NCBI GenBank assembly: GCA_044869275.1
Contig: JBIOXB010000063.1
Location: 1-64,000 of the forward strand
DNA: 64,000 nucleotides
From: a bacterium
Lineage (GTDB): Bacteria > Zhuqueibacterota > Zhuqueibacteria > Zhuqueibacterales > Zhuqueibacteraceae
Reading direction: 5' to 3'
Shown: positions 56,541 through 64,000 of the stretch, in pieces
How positions within the stretch are numbered: position 1 is the stretch's first letter
How the letters are laid out: every line of letters starts with the position of its first letter
Made by a program: the position numbers and the translations under genes
The notes under the pieces: generated by a model
Databases searched by the model: none
Told to the model about the DNA's origin: nothing
Seen by the model: the letters and a program-made list of their open reading frames with translations, nothing else

Positions 56541-56570
56541 CAGGCCTTAATAGAATGCTTCTTGCACGTC

Positions 56571-58079
56571 ATGACTTCTGAACTCGAAAAAATGGAGAGC
56601 ATTTTCGAGCTGGCCGATCTGCTTGGCCGGCAGAATGATTTTCAGGAAATCCTGCGCCTGGTGGCACAGAAGGCAGCGAGCTTGTTGCAAGCCGAAACCG
56701 CTTCGATCATGATGATCAATCCGCAAACCCGGCACACGGTCAAGACGATTCTGCAAGAAGGTGATGGCGTGGAGGATCAGCGTTATCATACGGTGCACAC
56801 GCATGTCGGCGGCTGGGTGATCAAGCAGCAACAGCCTTTTGCCAGTGCCGATCTCAAAACCGATGCACGTTTTGCCAAGAAGCTCTTCGAGCATTCTCCC
56901 GTCGCCGCGGTGCTGGCCGCGCCGTTGCGCAGCGAGGGTGTGGTGCTCGGCGCTTTGATCCTGATGAATGCCGCAGCGGCGGTGCTGGAAACACAGCTGG
57001 CGGCGCTGCAAAAATTCGCCGCCGTGGTCTCGCCATTTTTGCGCAATGTACAAAAGCTGCAGCAGTATTTCGATGCCCCTTTGCCGGAAACCGCATTGTT
57101 GTCGAAATACGAAGCCGCGGGCTTGCTGGGCAAAAGCCGGAAGTACGTCGGAATGCTCAAGGCCATGGAGGCCGCTGCGCGTTGCGAGGTGCGCGTGTTG
57201 CTGGAGGGGCAAAGCGGGACCGGCAAGGAATTGATCGCCAAAGCCATCCATCGTTTCAGCCCGCGCGGCGGCCGGCCTTTTATCGCCATCGATTGCGGCG
57301 CGATTGCGGAGCATCTGATCGAGAGTGAGCTCTTCGGTCACGTGAAAGGAGCCTTCACCGGCGCCAGCAGTGAGCGCACCGGCTTGCTGGAAGAGGGCCA
57401 TCACGGCACGCTGTTCATGGACGAGATTGCGAATCTTTCCTTGGAGATGCAGGCCAAGTTTATGCGCGTGCTGCAAACCGGCGAAATCCGGCCCGTGGGC
57501 GGAAATAAAACCCGGCTGGTCGACGTGCGTATTATTTCCGCGAGCAGCACCCCGCTGCGAAAATTGGTGGAGGCGCAAAAATTCCGTGAAGATTTGTTTT
57601 ATCGCCTGCACGTGTATCCGGTGCAGGTGCCTGCGCTCGATGAGCGCCAGGAGGATATTCCTCTTCTGGCCAATTATTTTTTGAAGAAATTCGCCGCGCA
57701 GCAGGGCAAGAAAGTGGAAGCCTTTCACGAAGAAATCGCGGAGTTCATGCAACAACGCCACTGGGCCGGCAATGTTCGCGAGTTGGAAAACTTCGTGGAA
57801 CGCCTGGTTACCATGGTCACGCCGGAAACCACCGTCTTGGAGCATGCGCATCTGCCCGCCGAGCTGCAAAAAGAAATGAAGAAGTTCGCGGGCGCTTTGC
57901 CAGAGCCGGCGGCCAGCAAATCCCTGAACGAGTTCTTGTCCGAATATGAAGAGCAAGTGCTGCGGCAAGCTTTGCGAGCGCACGGCTGGAATCAATCCAA
58001 GACCGCACGCGCGTTGAAAATCTCCGAACAAACTTTGCGCTATAAAATGGGGAAGATGGGAATTGCGAGGGGTTCGTAA
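56571..58079 (+). CDS. GAF-domain sigma54-dependent activator with Fis HTH
   Basis: N-terminal GAF; GQSGTGKE, ESELFGH, GAFTGA, LFMDEI, FREDLFYRL, WAGNVREL; C-terminal HTH. Confidence 0.93.
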   Translation: MTSELEKMESIFELADLLGRQNDFQEILRLVAQKAASLLQAETASIMMINPQTRHTVKTILQEGDGVEDQRYHTVHTHVGGWVIKQQQPFASADLKTDARFAKKLFEHSPVAAVLAAPLRSEGVVLGALILMNAAAAVLETQLAALQKFAAVVSPFLRNVQKLQQYFDAPLPETALLSKYEAAGLLGKSRKYVGMLKAMEAAARCEVRVLLEGQSGTGKELIAKAIHRFSPRGGRPFIAIDCGAIAEHLIESELFGHVKGAFTGASSERTGLLEEGHHGTLFMDEIANLSLEMQAKFMRVLQTGEIRPVGGNKTRLVDVRIISASSTPLRKLVEAQKFREDLFYRLHVYPVQVPALDERQEDIPLLANYFLKKFAAQQGKKVEAFHEEIAEFMQQRHWAGNVRELENFVERLVTMVTPETTVLEHAHLPAELQKEMKKFAGALPEPAASKSLNEFLSEYEEQVLRQALRAHGWNQSKTARALKISEQTLRYKMGKMGIARGS

Positions 58080-58120
58080 AGCAAAGGTTGGTACTGTCAT
58101 GACCAGCCTCATGCAAAAAT

Positions 58121-58302
58121 CCGCGTTTTTTCTGCGAAGCAAACTCCACTAAAAACAGGTCTTCTTTTCTCCGCAAGTTTTTTGCGAACTTCTTTCTTGA
58201 TTTACTCACTTTCAACCGAGCTATCCTCTCCCGCTGCTTCGTTGTTCCTGCCGAACTTAAAAGCCTTCAACCCACATCATTCCCCGTGGCATGATCTTCG
58301 AA
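58121..58302 (+). promoter_or_regulatory. Candidate sigma54 promoter with tandem upstream activator sites
   Basis: 18-bp repeats at 58121-58138 and 58171-58188 (14 of 18 identical); TGGCATGATCTTCGAA at 58287-58302. Confidence 0.5.
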
Positions 58303-58445
58303 TGTCATGTTCGCGTGCAACACGATGATCTCAGCGCAATTTCGCTCACAGGTGAGCGGTCCGTCAAATCTCCACGCGAGAGCGTGATAATTTCATCCCA
58401 TGCGGGCATGGTCGAATCAATTGCATCACACAGTGCGAGGGCCAG

Positions 58446-59864
58446 ATGGAATGCTATCCCCAAAACTTCGAAACCCAAGCTTGGCAAGCAATCGCTGCTC
58501 CAGAAGCATGGCAAGAAGATCAGCGGACGCGCATGCATCCGGAGCTGGTGACACGCTTACTGCACAATGCCGCACCGCTCTTGCAGTTTGCGGACTGGCG
58601 CGTAACCAAGACCGGTCTGGGTTACGCTGAAACCGAGCTGCCACTCACGGTGAACACGACCAACCAACATGGCACACATCAAGCAGGTTTACTGTTGGCT
58701 GCCGCCGACTACACCGGTGGCGTCGCCATGGGCTCGTTGTTTCACGGTGTTCCGGTGATCGGCGTTCATCCGCAAACGGGTGAATTTGGCGCGGCGCTGT
58801 GGTCGTTTCAAGTCAATATGCGCTGGTTGCGCCCGAGCTGCCACACTTTGATCTGCAAGGCTTCCATAGCAGAAGAAAAGTGCCAGCAAATCGTCGCACG
58901 TTTTTTCGCGGGCAAGCGCATTATCGAGACGATCACGATTCAGATGGAAAACGATGGTGTGCCTGTCGCGCAAGCTGAATTCACCTACTGGGCGCGTGAT
59001 GCCCGCCTGCTCAAAGAGGAAGCTTACCATGAAGAGAAAATTCACGTGCTCTACGATCACAAGATCAAATCCTCGGCGCTTTTGATCGCCGCTTTGCGCG
59101 CCATGGAACAAGAAAAGCCCGCGCCTGAGCGGCTTTTTCACGATGCGCTTTCCCCCCAAATAATCGATGATCAGGCGCGGGTGCTGGCGAAGAGATTCTG
59201 CCAGCGCTTGCCACAGTTGCAATCACTCGTGGCTCTGCGCACGCAACACCTCGACACCTGTTTGCAGTCATTTCATGCCAGCGGCGGGCGGCAAGCCTTG
59301 CTGCTGGGGGCGGGTCTGGACTTGCGACCATTGCGTTTGCAGCTACGGGGGGTGAAGTGGTATGAATTGGATTTGCCCGCGATGCTTGCGCTGCGCGAGA
59401 AGCATCTCCACAGACTCGGCCTTGCCAGCCTGCCCGACCGGCGTCTGGTCGAGATAGACTTGCTCAACCATGACCTGGCACAACGCATGGCGGAGACACC
59501 CGGTTTTGACGCAACCCAGCCAACCTTCGTCATCTGGGAAGGCGGCTCCATGTATTTCAATCGTGCAGACTTCAACAAAATCCTCACCGGCCTTCGGCCA
59601 TTGCTGCGGCATGAAAAATCCGAGGTTTGGATGGACTATGTTGACGAGAAGGTGATTGCGGGCATCACCGGCTGTGCGGCGGTCGAAGCGTTCATGGAAG
59701 GGATGCAATGTTTGGGGGAGCCTTTTATCCATGGTCTCGACCCCGCCGCTCATGGCGCCACAAAACTCGGCCTGGAACTGATTTCCGACGAGCCGGCGGC
59801 GCAATTCGTCAGCACCGACGATCCAATTTATGAACTCTATCGTTTTGCCCGGCTGCGCCGGTGA
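58446..59864 (+). CDS. Hot-dog (PaaI/YiiD-like) domain fused to an LCM-family SAM methyltransferase
   Basis: NQHGTHQAGLLLAAADYTGG and MRWLRP; then ALRAME, RTQHLD, LLGAGLD, YELDLP and IWEGGSMY. Confidence 0.85.
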   Translation: MECYPQNFETQAWQAIAAPEAWQEDQRTRMHPELVTRLLHNAAPLLQFADWRVTKTGLGYAETELPLTVNTTNQHGTHQAGLLLAAADYTGGVAMGSLFHGVPVIGVHPQTGEFGAALWSFQVNMRWLRPSCHTLICKASIAEEKCQQIVARFFAGKRIIETITIQMENDGVPVAQAEFTYWARDARLLKEEAYHEEKIHVLYDHKIKSSALLIAALRAMEQEKPAPERLFHDALSPQIIDDQARVLAKRFCQRLPQLQSLVALRTQHLDTCLQSFHASGGRQALLLGAGLDLRPLRLQLRGVKWYELDLPAMLALREKHLHRLGLASLPDRRLVEIDLLNHDLAQRMAETPGFDATQPTFVIWEGGSMYFNRADFNKILTGLRPLLRHEKSEVWMDYVDEKVIAGITGCAAVEAFMEGMQCLGEPFIHGLDPAAHGATKLGLELISDEPAAQFVSTDDPIYELYRFARLRR

Positions 59865-59889
59865 TCGACATTCAATCACGGAGACGAAA

Positions 59890-60795
59890 ATGAACAGCGC
59901 GAACGCCTCACTCACCGGCGCCCCTCCGCCGGAGCCAGTCCAGAAATACAATTGGCGAAATCTCCTATTCGTCGCTCTCTCCCCTCTGGTCGCGATAGCA
60001 GGTCTGCTGCTTTATTTGCCGAAATATGGTGTGCAGCGTGGCGATCTGTACAACTTCTTACTCATGTACGTGTTTACCGGCCTTTCCATTTCCGCCGGTT
60101 ATCATCGCTGCTTTGCGCACCACAGTTATCGCTGTCACACACTTGTAAAGTTGTTCTATCTCCTGTTTGGCGCCGCCGCCTTCCAAAACTCGGTGATCCG
60201 CTGGTCCGCCTATCACCGTCGGCACCATCGTTTCACGGATGAGCAGGAAGATCCTCACAACATCAGAGAAGGATTCTTTTGGGTATACTGGGGGTGGGTG
60301 GTGCATCACGACCAGCCCTCACGAAACCAATTCACAGTGCGCGACCTGGAAAAAGACAAGCTGATCATGTGGCAGCATCAATATTACCTGCCGATCGCTC
60401 TCCTCATGGGCTTGGTGTTGCCAGCGTTGCTCGGTGCAGTGCTAAGCAATGCGCTGGGCGGTTTGCTGTGGGGTGGCGTGCTGCGCACTGTGATTTCACA
60501 ACACGCCACTTTTCTGATCAATTCGGCCTCGCACTGCTTTGGCACACAACCTTATTCGAAAAAAGACTCCTCACGTGATTGCTGGTGGCTGATGTTCGTC
60601 TCTTTTGGCGACAGCAAGCATAATTTCCACCACACCTTTGCGGGCGACTATCGCAACGGCTTGAAATGGTATGAATGGGATCCTTCCAAATGGTTCATCC
60701 GTGGTTTGAGTATGCTGGCCTTGACTTCGCATCTGCATCGCACACCCGCTGATCGCATCGCCCGGGCGCGGAAGCGGATTGAGGAAGGAAGATAA
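59890..60795 (+). CDS. Membrane fatty acid desaturase, delta-9-like
   Basis: His boxes HRCFAH, HRRHH and HNFHH; DPHN; INSASH; WDPSKW. Confidence 0.9.
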   Translation: MNSANASLTGAPPPEPVQKYNWRNLLFVALSPLVAIAGLLLYLPKYGVQRGDLYNFLLMYVFTGLSISAGYHRCFAHHSYRCHTLVKLFYLLFGAAAFQNSVIRWSAYHRRHHRFTDEQEDPHNIREGFFWVYWGWVVHHDQPSRNQFTVRDLEKDKLIMWQHQYYLPIALLMGLVLPALLGAVLSNALGGLLWGGVLRTVISQHATFLINSASHCFGTQPYSKKDSSRDCWWLMFVSFGDSKHNFHHTFAGDYRNGLKWYEWDPSKWFIRGLSMLALTSHLHRTPADRIARARKRIEEGR

Positions 60796-60798
60796 CCG

Positions 60799-61947
60799 AT
60801 GCCCTGCAACCTTGACAAGCAAGAGAATGGCGTGATGCGCCCTCGTTTCGTCGGAAGTATCGGCGATTTATTGCAACAGAAGCCGAACAGGCCATTGCTG
60901 CGATTTGCTCCAGCAAAATGGCTGCGCGGCGGACACCGCCAGACCCTTCTTGGATATCTGATGCCTGGGGCACAAAAGCCTCGCCAGACACGCTTGCACC
61001 TCGTGCCAGTGGGCGGTGGTGATCACATTGTACTGTGTGAAAATCTTCCCCACTTTGAAGAACCGGTGCGAGGAATAGTGCTGTTGATGCACGGGTTGGG
61101 AGGCGAAGCGAATTCTCCCTACATGCTGCGCATATCCTCGCGATTAAGGCAAAACGGCTTTGTCACTTTTCGCATGAACCATCGCGGTGCCGGTGAGGGT
61201 CGCGGCTTCGCAAAGGAGCTTTATCACGCGGGCAAGAGTGAGGACCTTGCCGCGGCGCTGGCAAAGATCGTGGCGCTTTATCCCCGGTTGCCTCTGTTGA
61301 TGCTTGGTTTCTCACTCAGTGGTAACATCCTGCTCAAGCTTTTGGGGGAAAATCTGCATCCGCTTCCCCCAAGCCTGTGCGCAGCCATCGCTATTAATCC
61401 GCCAATCGACCTGGCCAAGTGTACGGCCTCTCTGCGCCGCCTGCCCAACCGCATCTACGATTACCATATTGTGCGTGCGCTCAAGAAAGTAATCAAAATG
61501 CGGCAACGCGACTATCCCGCGTTCCCTCAGATACCGTTGCCCCGATGCCTCACGATGCGCGAGTTCGATGAAATCTGCTCGGCGCCGCTGTGCGGCTTCA
61601 GATCTGCGGCGGATTATTATGAAAAATGCAGTGCCAAGCAATTTTTGGCGGGCATTCGCCTCCCCACGCTCATCCTGGCAAGCGCTGATGATCCGTTTAT
61701 TCCCAAAGAGTCATTCGAAGATCTGCCTGTAAACGACTTCATTACCCTGCACATAACCGATACGGGTGGGCACCTGGGATTTGTTTCTCATGAAAAGACA
61801 GTGCATGGGCACCAGCGCTGGATGGACTATGCTGTGACGGCCTATACGCAACATTGCATTGAATGGCACGCCGAAATTCAGGGAGAGGATCAGGCGGAAG
61901 CATACGCCGCTTGCTTTCAAAACCCGGTTTTACTTTCACATTCCTAA
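60799..61947 (+). CDS. YheT-family alpha/beta hydrolase
   Basis: GHRQT, HGLGG, GFSLSG nucleophile elbow, DDPFI and GGHLGF. Confidence 0.88.
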   Translation: MPCNLDKQENGVMRPRFVGSIGDLLQQKPNRPLLRFAPAKWLRGGHRQTLLGYLMPGAQKPRQTRLHLVPVGGGDHIVLCENLPHFEEPVRGIVLLMHGLGGEANSPYMLRISSRLRQNGFVTFRMNHRGAGEGRGFAKELYHAGKSEDLAAALAKIVALYPRLPLLMLGFSLSGNILLKLLGENLHPLPPSLCAAIAINPPIDLAKCTASLRRLPNRIYDYHIVRALKKVIKMRQRDYPAFPQIPLPRCLTMREFDEICSAPLCGFRSAADYYEKCSAKQFLAGIRLPTLILASADDPFIPKESFEDLPVNDFITLHITDTGGHLGFVSHEKTVHGHQRWMDYAVTAYTQHCIEWHAEIQGEDQAEAYAACFQNPVLLSHS

Positions 61948-61963
61948 CCTCAGGAGGTTGTCT

Positions 61964-63190
61964 ATGAAGTTCAAACTGTTCACCCTCAATCTGGTCCTTT
62001 TGTTCTTTCTGCAAATGGGCTGCAACAAGGACCTGCCGCTTTCACCGGATTTCAACGCGATGCAGGAATCGCAAGATTTCGAATCCCAGGACCTGCTGTC
62101 CGATCAAGTTGCCGTGGGGAACCTCACCGTCATGACGCGCAACATTTACGTCGGCACCAACGTCGATTTGGTTTTGGGGGCGCAAAGCCCGGAAGAGGTG
62201 CCGGTGTTGGTGGCGCAGGCGTTTCAAACGCTGCTCGCCACCGACTTTCGTGAACGCGCGCAGGCGCTCGCCGACGAAATTAAACAGAATCGCCCCCATC
62301 TCATCGGCTTGCAGGAGGTCTCGACCATCCGCACGCAATCGCCGGGTGACGCAGTGATCGGCGGTACCATCCCTGCCCAAAACGTGCTGTTTGATTACCT
62401 GGCCATCCTGCTTGAGGCTTTGCGCGCACGCGGCCTGAATTATCGCGTCGCCGGCATTATCGCCAATGCCGACGTCGAGGTGCCGATGCTGGTGGATCCC
62501 AGTACCATGGCCTTCGACGACGTCCGCCTCAGCGACTACGACGTGGTGCTCGCGCGGCATGACGTCAGCGTTTCAGACGTAATCCAGGCCAATTATCAAA
62601 CCATGCTCACGGTGCCATCTTTGGGCGCGCAAATTCCCCGCGGCTTTGTGGCCGTGACGGCCAGCGTCGGCAGCAATCGCATCCGCTTTGTCAATACTCA
62701 CCTCGAACCGGCCTCGATTCCGGAATTGCTGCCGATTCAACTGGCTCAGGCGCAAGAGCTGGCTGCCGCGCTGCAAAATGAACGTCTGCCTGTGGTTTTG
62801 GTGGGCGACCTGAACACGCAAGCGATCACCGGCGCCACGTATCAATTTCTTGCCACGCAAGGCTATGTCGACGTCTGGACGCAAAAAAGGAATCGTGATG
62901 AAGGCGAGGGCAACACCTGCTGTCACGCTGCCGACTTGCGCAACACCACGGTGCACCTCGACCAGCGCATCGACTTGATTCTGGCGAAAAACAGCACGGA
63001 GGACGATGATCGCGCGCTGCAGGACGGCGACGATCGCTTCTTCAAAGGCGTAGTGGCGAGAGTGGTGGGCGACGAGCTGCGCGATCGCACGCCTTCCGGC
63101 CTGTGGCCCTCGGACCACGCCGGAGTGGTGGCGCGCTTTCGCACGAATGAAGCACACGACGAGGTTCTGGCGATGACCACGGCGGAATAG
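61964..63190 (+). CDS. Endonuclease/exonuclease/phosphatase-family lipoprotein
   Basis: AGGAGG RBS, lipobox QMGC, MTRN, GLQE, NTHL, GDLN, RID and SDH. Confidence 0.88.
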   Translation: MKFKLFTLNLVLLFFLQMGCNKDLPLSPDFNAMQESQDFESQDLLSDQVAVGNLTVMTRNIYVGTNVDLVLGAQSPEEVPVLVAQAFQTLLATDFRERAQALADEIKQNRPHLIGLQEVSTIRTQSPGDAVIGGTIPAQNVLFDYLAILLEALRARGLNYRVAGIIANADVEVPMLVDPSTMAFDDVRLSDYDVVLARHDVSVSDVIQANYQTMLTVPSLGAQIPRGFVAVTASVGSNRIRFVNTHLEPASIPELLPIQLAQAQELAAALQNERLPVVLVGDLNTQAITGATYQFLATQGYVDVWTQKRNRDEGEGNTCCHAADLRNTTVHLDQRIDLILAKNSTEDDDRALQDGDDRFFKGVVARVVGDELRDRTPSGLWPSDHAGVVARFRTNEAHDEVLAMTTAE

Positions 63191-63326
63191 AGTGGCTTTT
63201 CTTTCACCTCTCGCCGCGCTGTTGCCCCGGGGGAAGCTTCATGAGGCAACAGCGCGGCCTTTCATCAAACCGCGGAATTTGCTTCAACCGGACAAGACAG
63301 GATTTCGAAACGCAGGAAGCCCGATC

Positions 63327-63950
63327 ATGGCGAAAAACACTTCACTCCCTTCGACCACAAGCAGCGCCCAGGTTGCGGACCTATTTGCGCGAAAAATTTC
63401 GCGCGCCGATTTTCTCAAGCGATTGTTTCTGCTCTCCGGCGCCGCCTGGACGGCTTGCACACCGCTCCGTATCGCGTTGAAGACTTATCCCGACCGCTTC
63501 GATGCCGATCACGAGCTGAGAGAAAAACTGTTACAGGCGTTTGTGGCGGCCGTGATTCCGGGCGTTCCTCTCGACGCCACACATAGCACGCGTATGCTCA
63601 CCGACGATTTTTATCCATTTCATTCCTATTGCGGCTTTTTTACGGCAGATCTGGCGCAAAGAAGTATGAAGCTTTATAGCCATGATCGTTTTGACCAGCT
63701 TTCAATCGAGCAACGCACACAAGTCATCCAGCATGGATTGCAGGCGGACGCCACCACTGCCCGACTGTATCAAGCCGCGATCTACATGACGCAACTTTCG
63801 TTCTATGCAAGCATTTATGACGACAAAGCTGGCTGCACTCTGATTGATTTTCACGGCACGAACGCAGGCTTTCCCGCGGCAGAAGTGTGTTATACGAATA
63901 GAGAGATGCCGTTAGCGCAAGAGGCAACAAGCGACGGCAACCCTCCGTGA
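63327..63950 (+). CDS. Gluconate 2-dehydrogenase subunit 3-like exported protein
   Basis: Tat-like SRADFLK followed by a hydrophobic segment and Cys; AVIPG and FDQLSIEQR patterns. Confidence 0.55.
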   Translation: MAKNTSLPSTTSSAQVADLFARKISRADFLKRLFLLSGAAWTACTPLRIALKTYPDRFDADHELREKLLQAFVAAVIPGVPLDATHSTRMLTDDFYPFHSYCGFFTADLAQRSMKLYSHDRFDQLSIEQRTQVIQHGLQADATTARLYQAAIYMTQLSFYASIYDDKAGCTLIDFHGTNAGFPAAEVCYTNREMPLAQEATSDGNPP

Positions 63951-64000
63951 CCCCTGGAGGTCTCAGATTCTTGTAACTTCAGGTACATATTAAAGGCAAA

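Noticed and set aside
56547..58142. 531-aa minus-strand ORF
   Set aside because: Antisense shadow of the sigma54 activator.
58408..58424. Second sigma54 promoter TGGTCGAATCAATTGCA
   Set aside because: GG-to-GC spacing is one base too long.

Overview
A 64-kb bacterial chromosomal window of moderately high GC. The gene content (LPS genes, a SprA translocon, a T9SS-type C-terminal sorting domain, Ser/Thr kinase-TPR proteins) suggests a diderm FCB-group organism, possibly KSB1/Calditrichota-like; this is inference. From left to right it holds: an ars locus (arsR-arsC, a decayed aquaporin, thioredoxin-like protein and permease); a COG2403/ArcE-like gene with carbamate kinase; an alkyltransferase-like gene; a secreted GH13 enzyme; lptF/lptG; sprA; housekeeping genes (Ppx/GppA, pyrR-pyrB, mtnA, polyprenyl synthase, apbE, GT9, rsfS, argS, PfkB); an Omp85-DUF4390-histidine kinase operon; a DUF4062-NACHT-TPR gene with a low-GC internal block followed by two coupled unknown ORFs; a fused aconitase-family enzyme; and a signalling and lipid-modification locus. 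In that last locus, a kinase/class III cyclase/TPR protein has guanylate-cyclase-like specificity residues and precedes a GAF-sigma54 activator, a candidate sigma54 promoter with tandem upstream sites, and a thioesterase-methyltransferase, desaturase and hydrolase operon. Intergenic DNA is rich in REP-like palindromes, short tandem repeats and one nested MITE. No rRNA, tRNA or CRISPR array was seen. All calls come from motif recognition by eye; no database searches were run.
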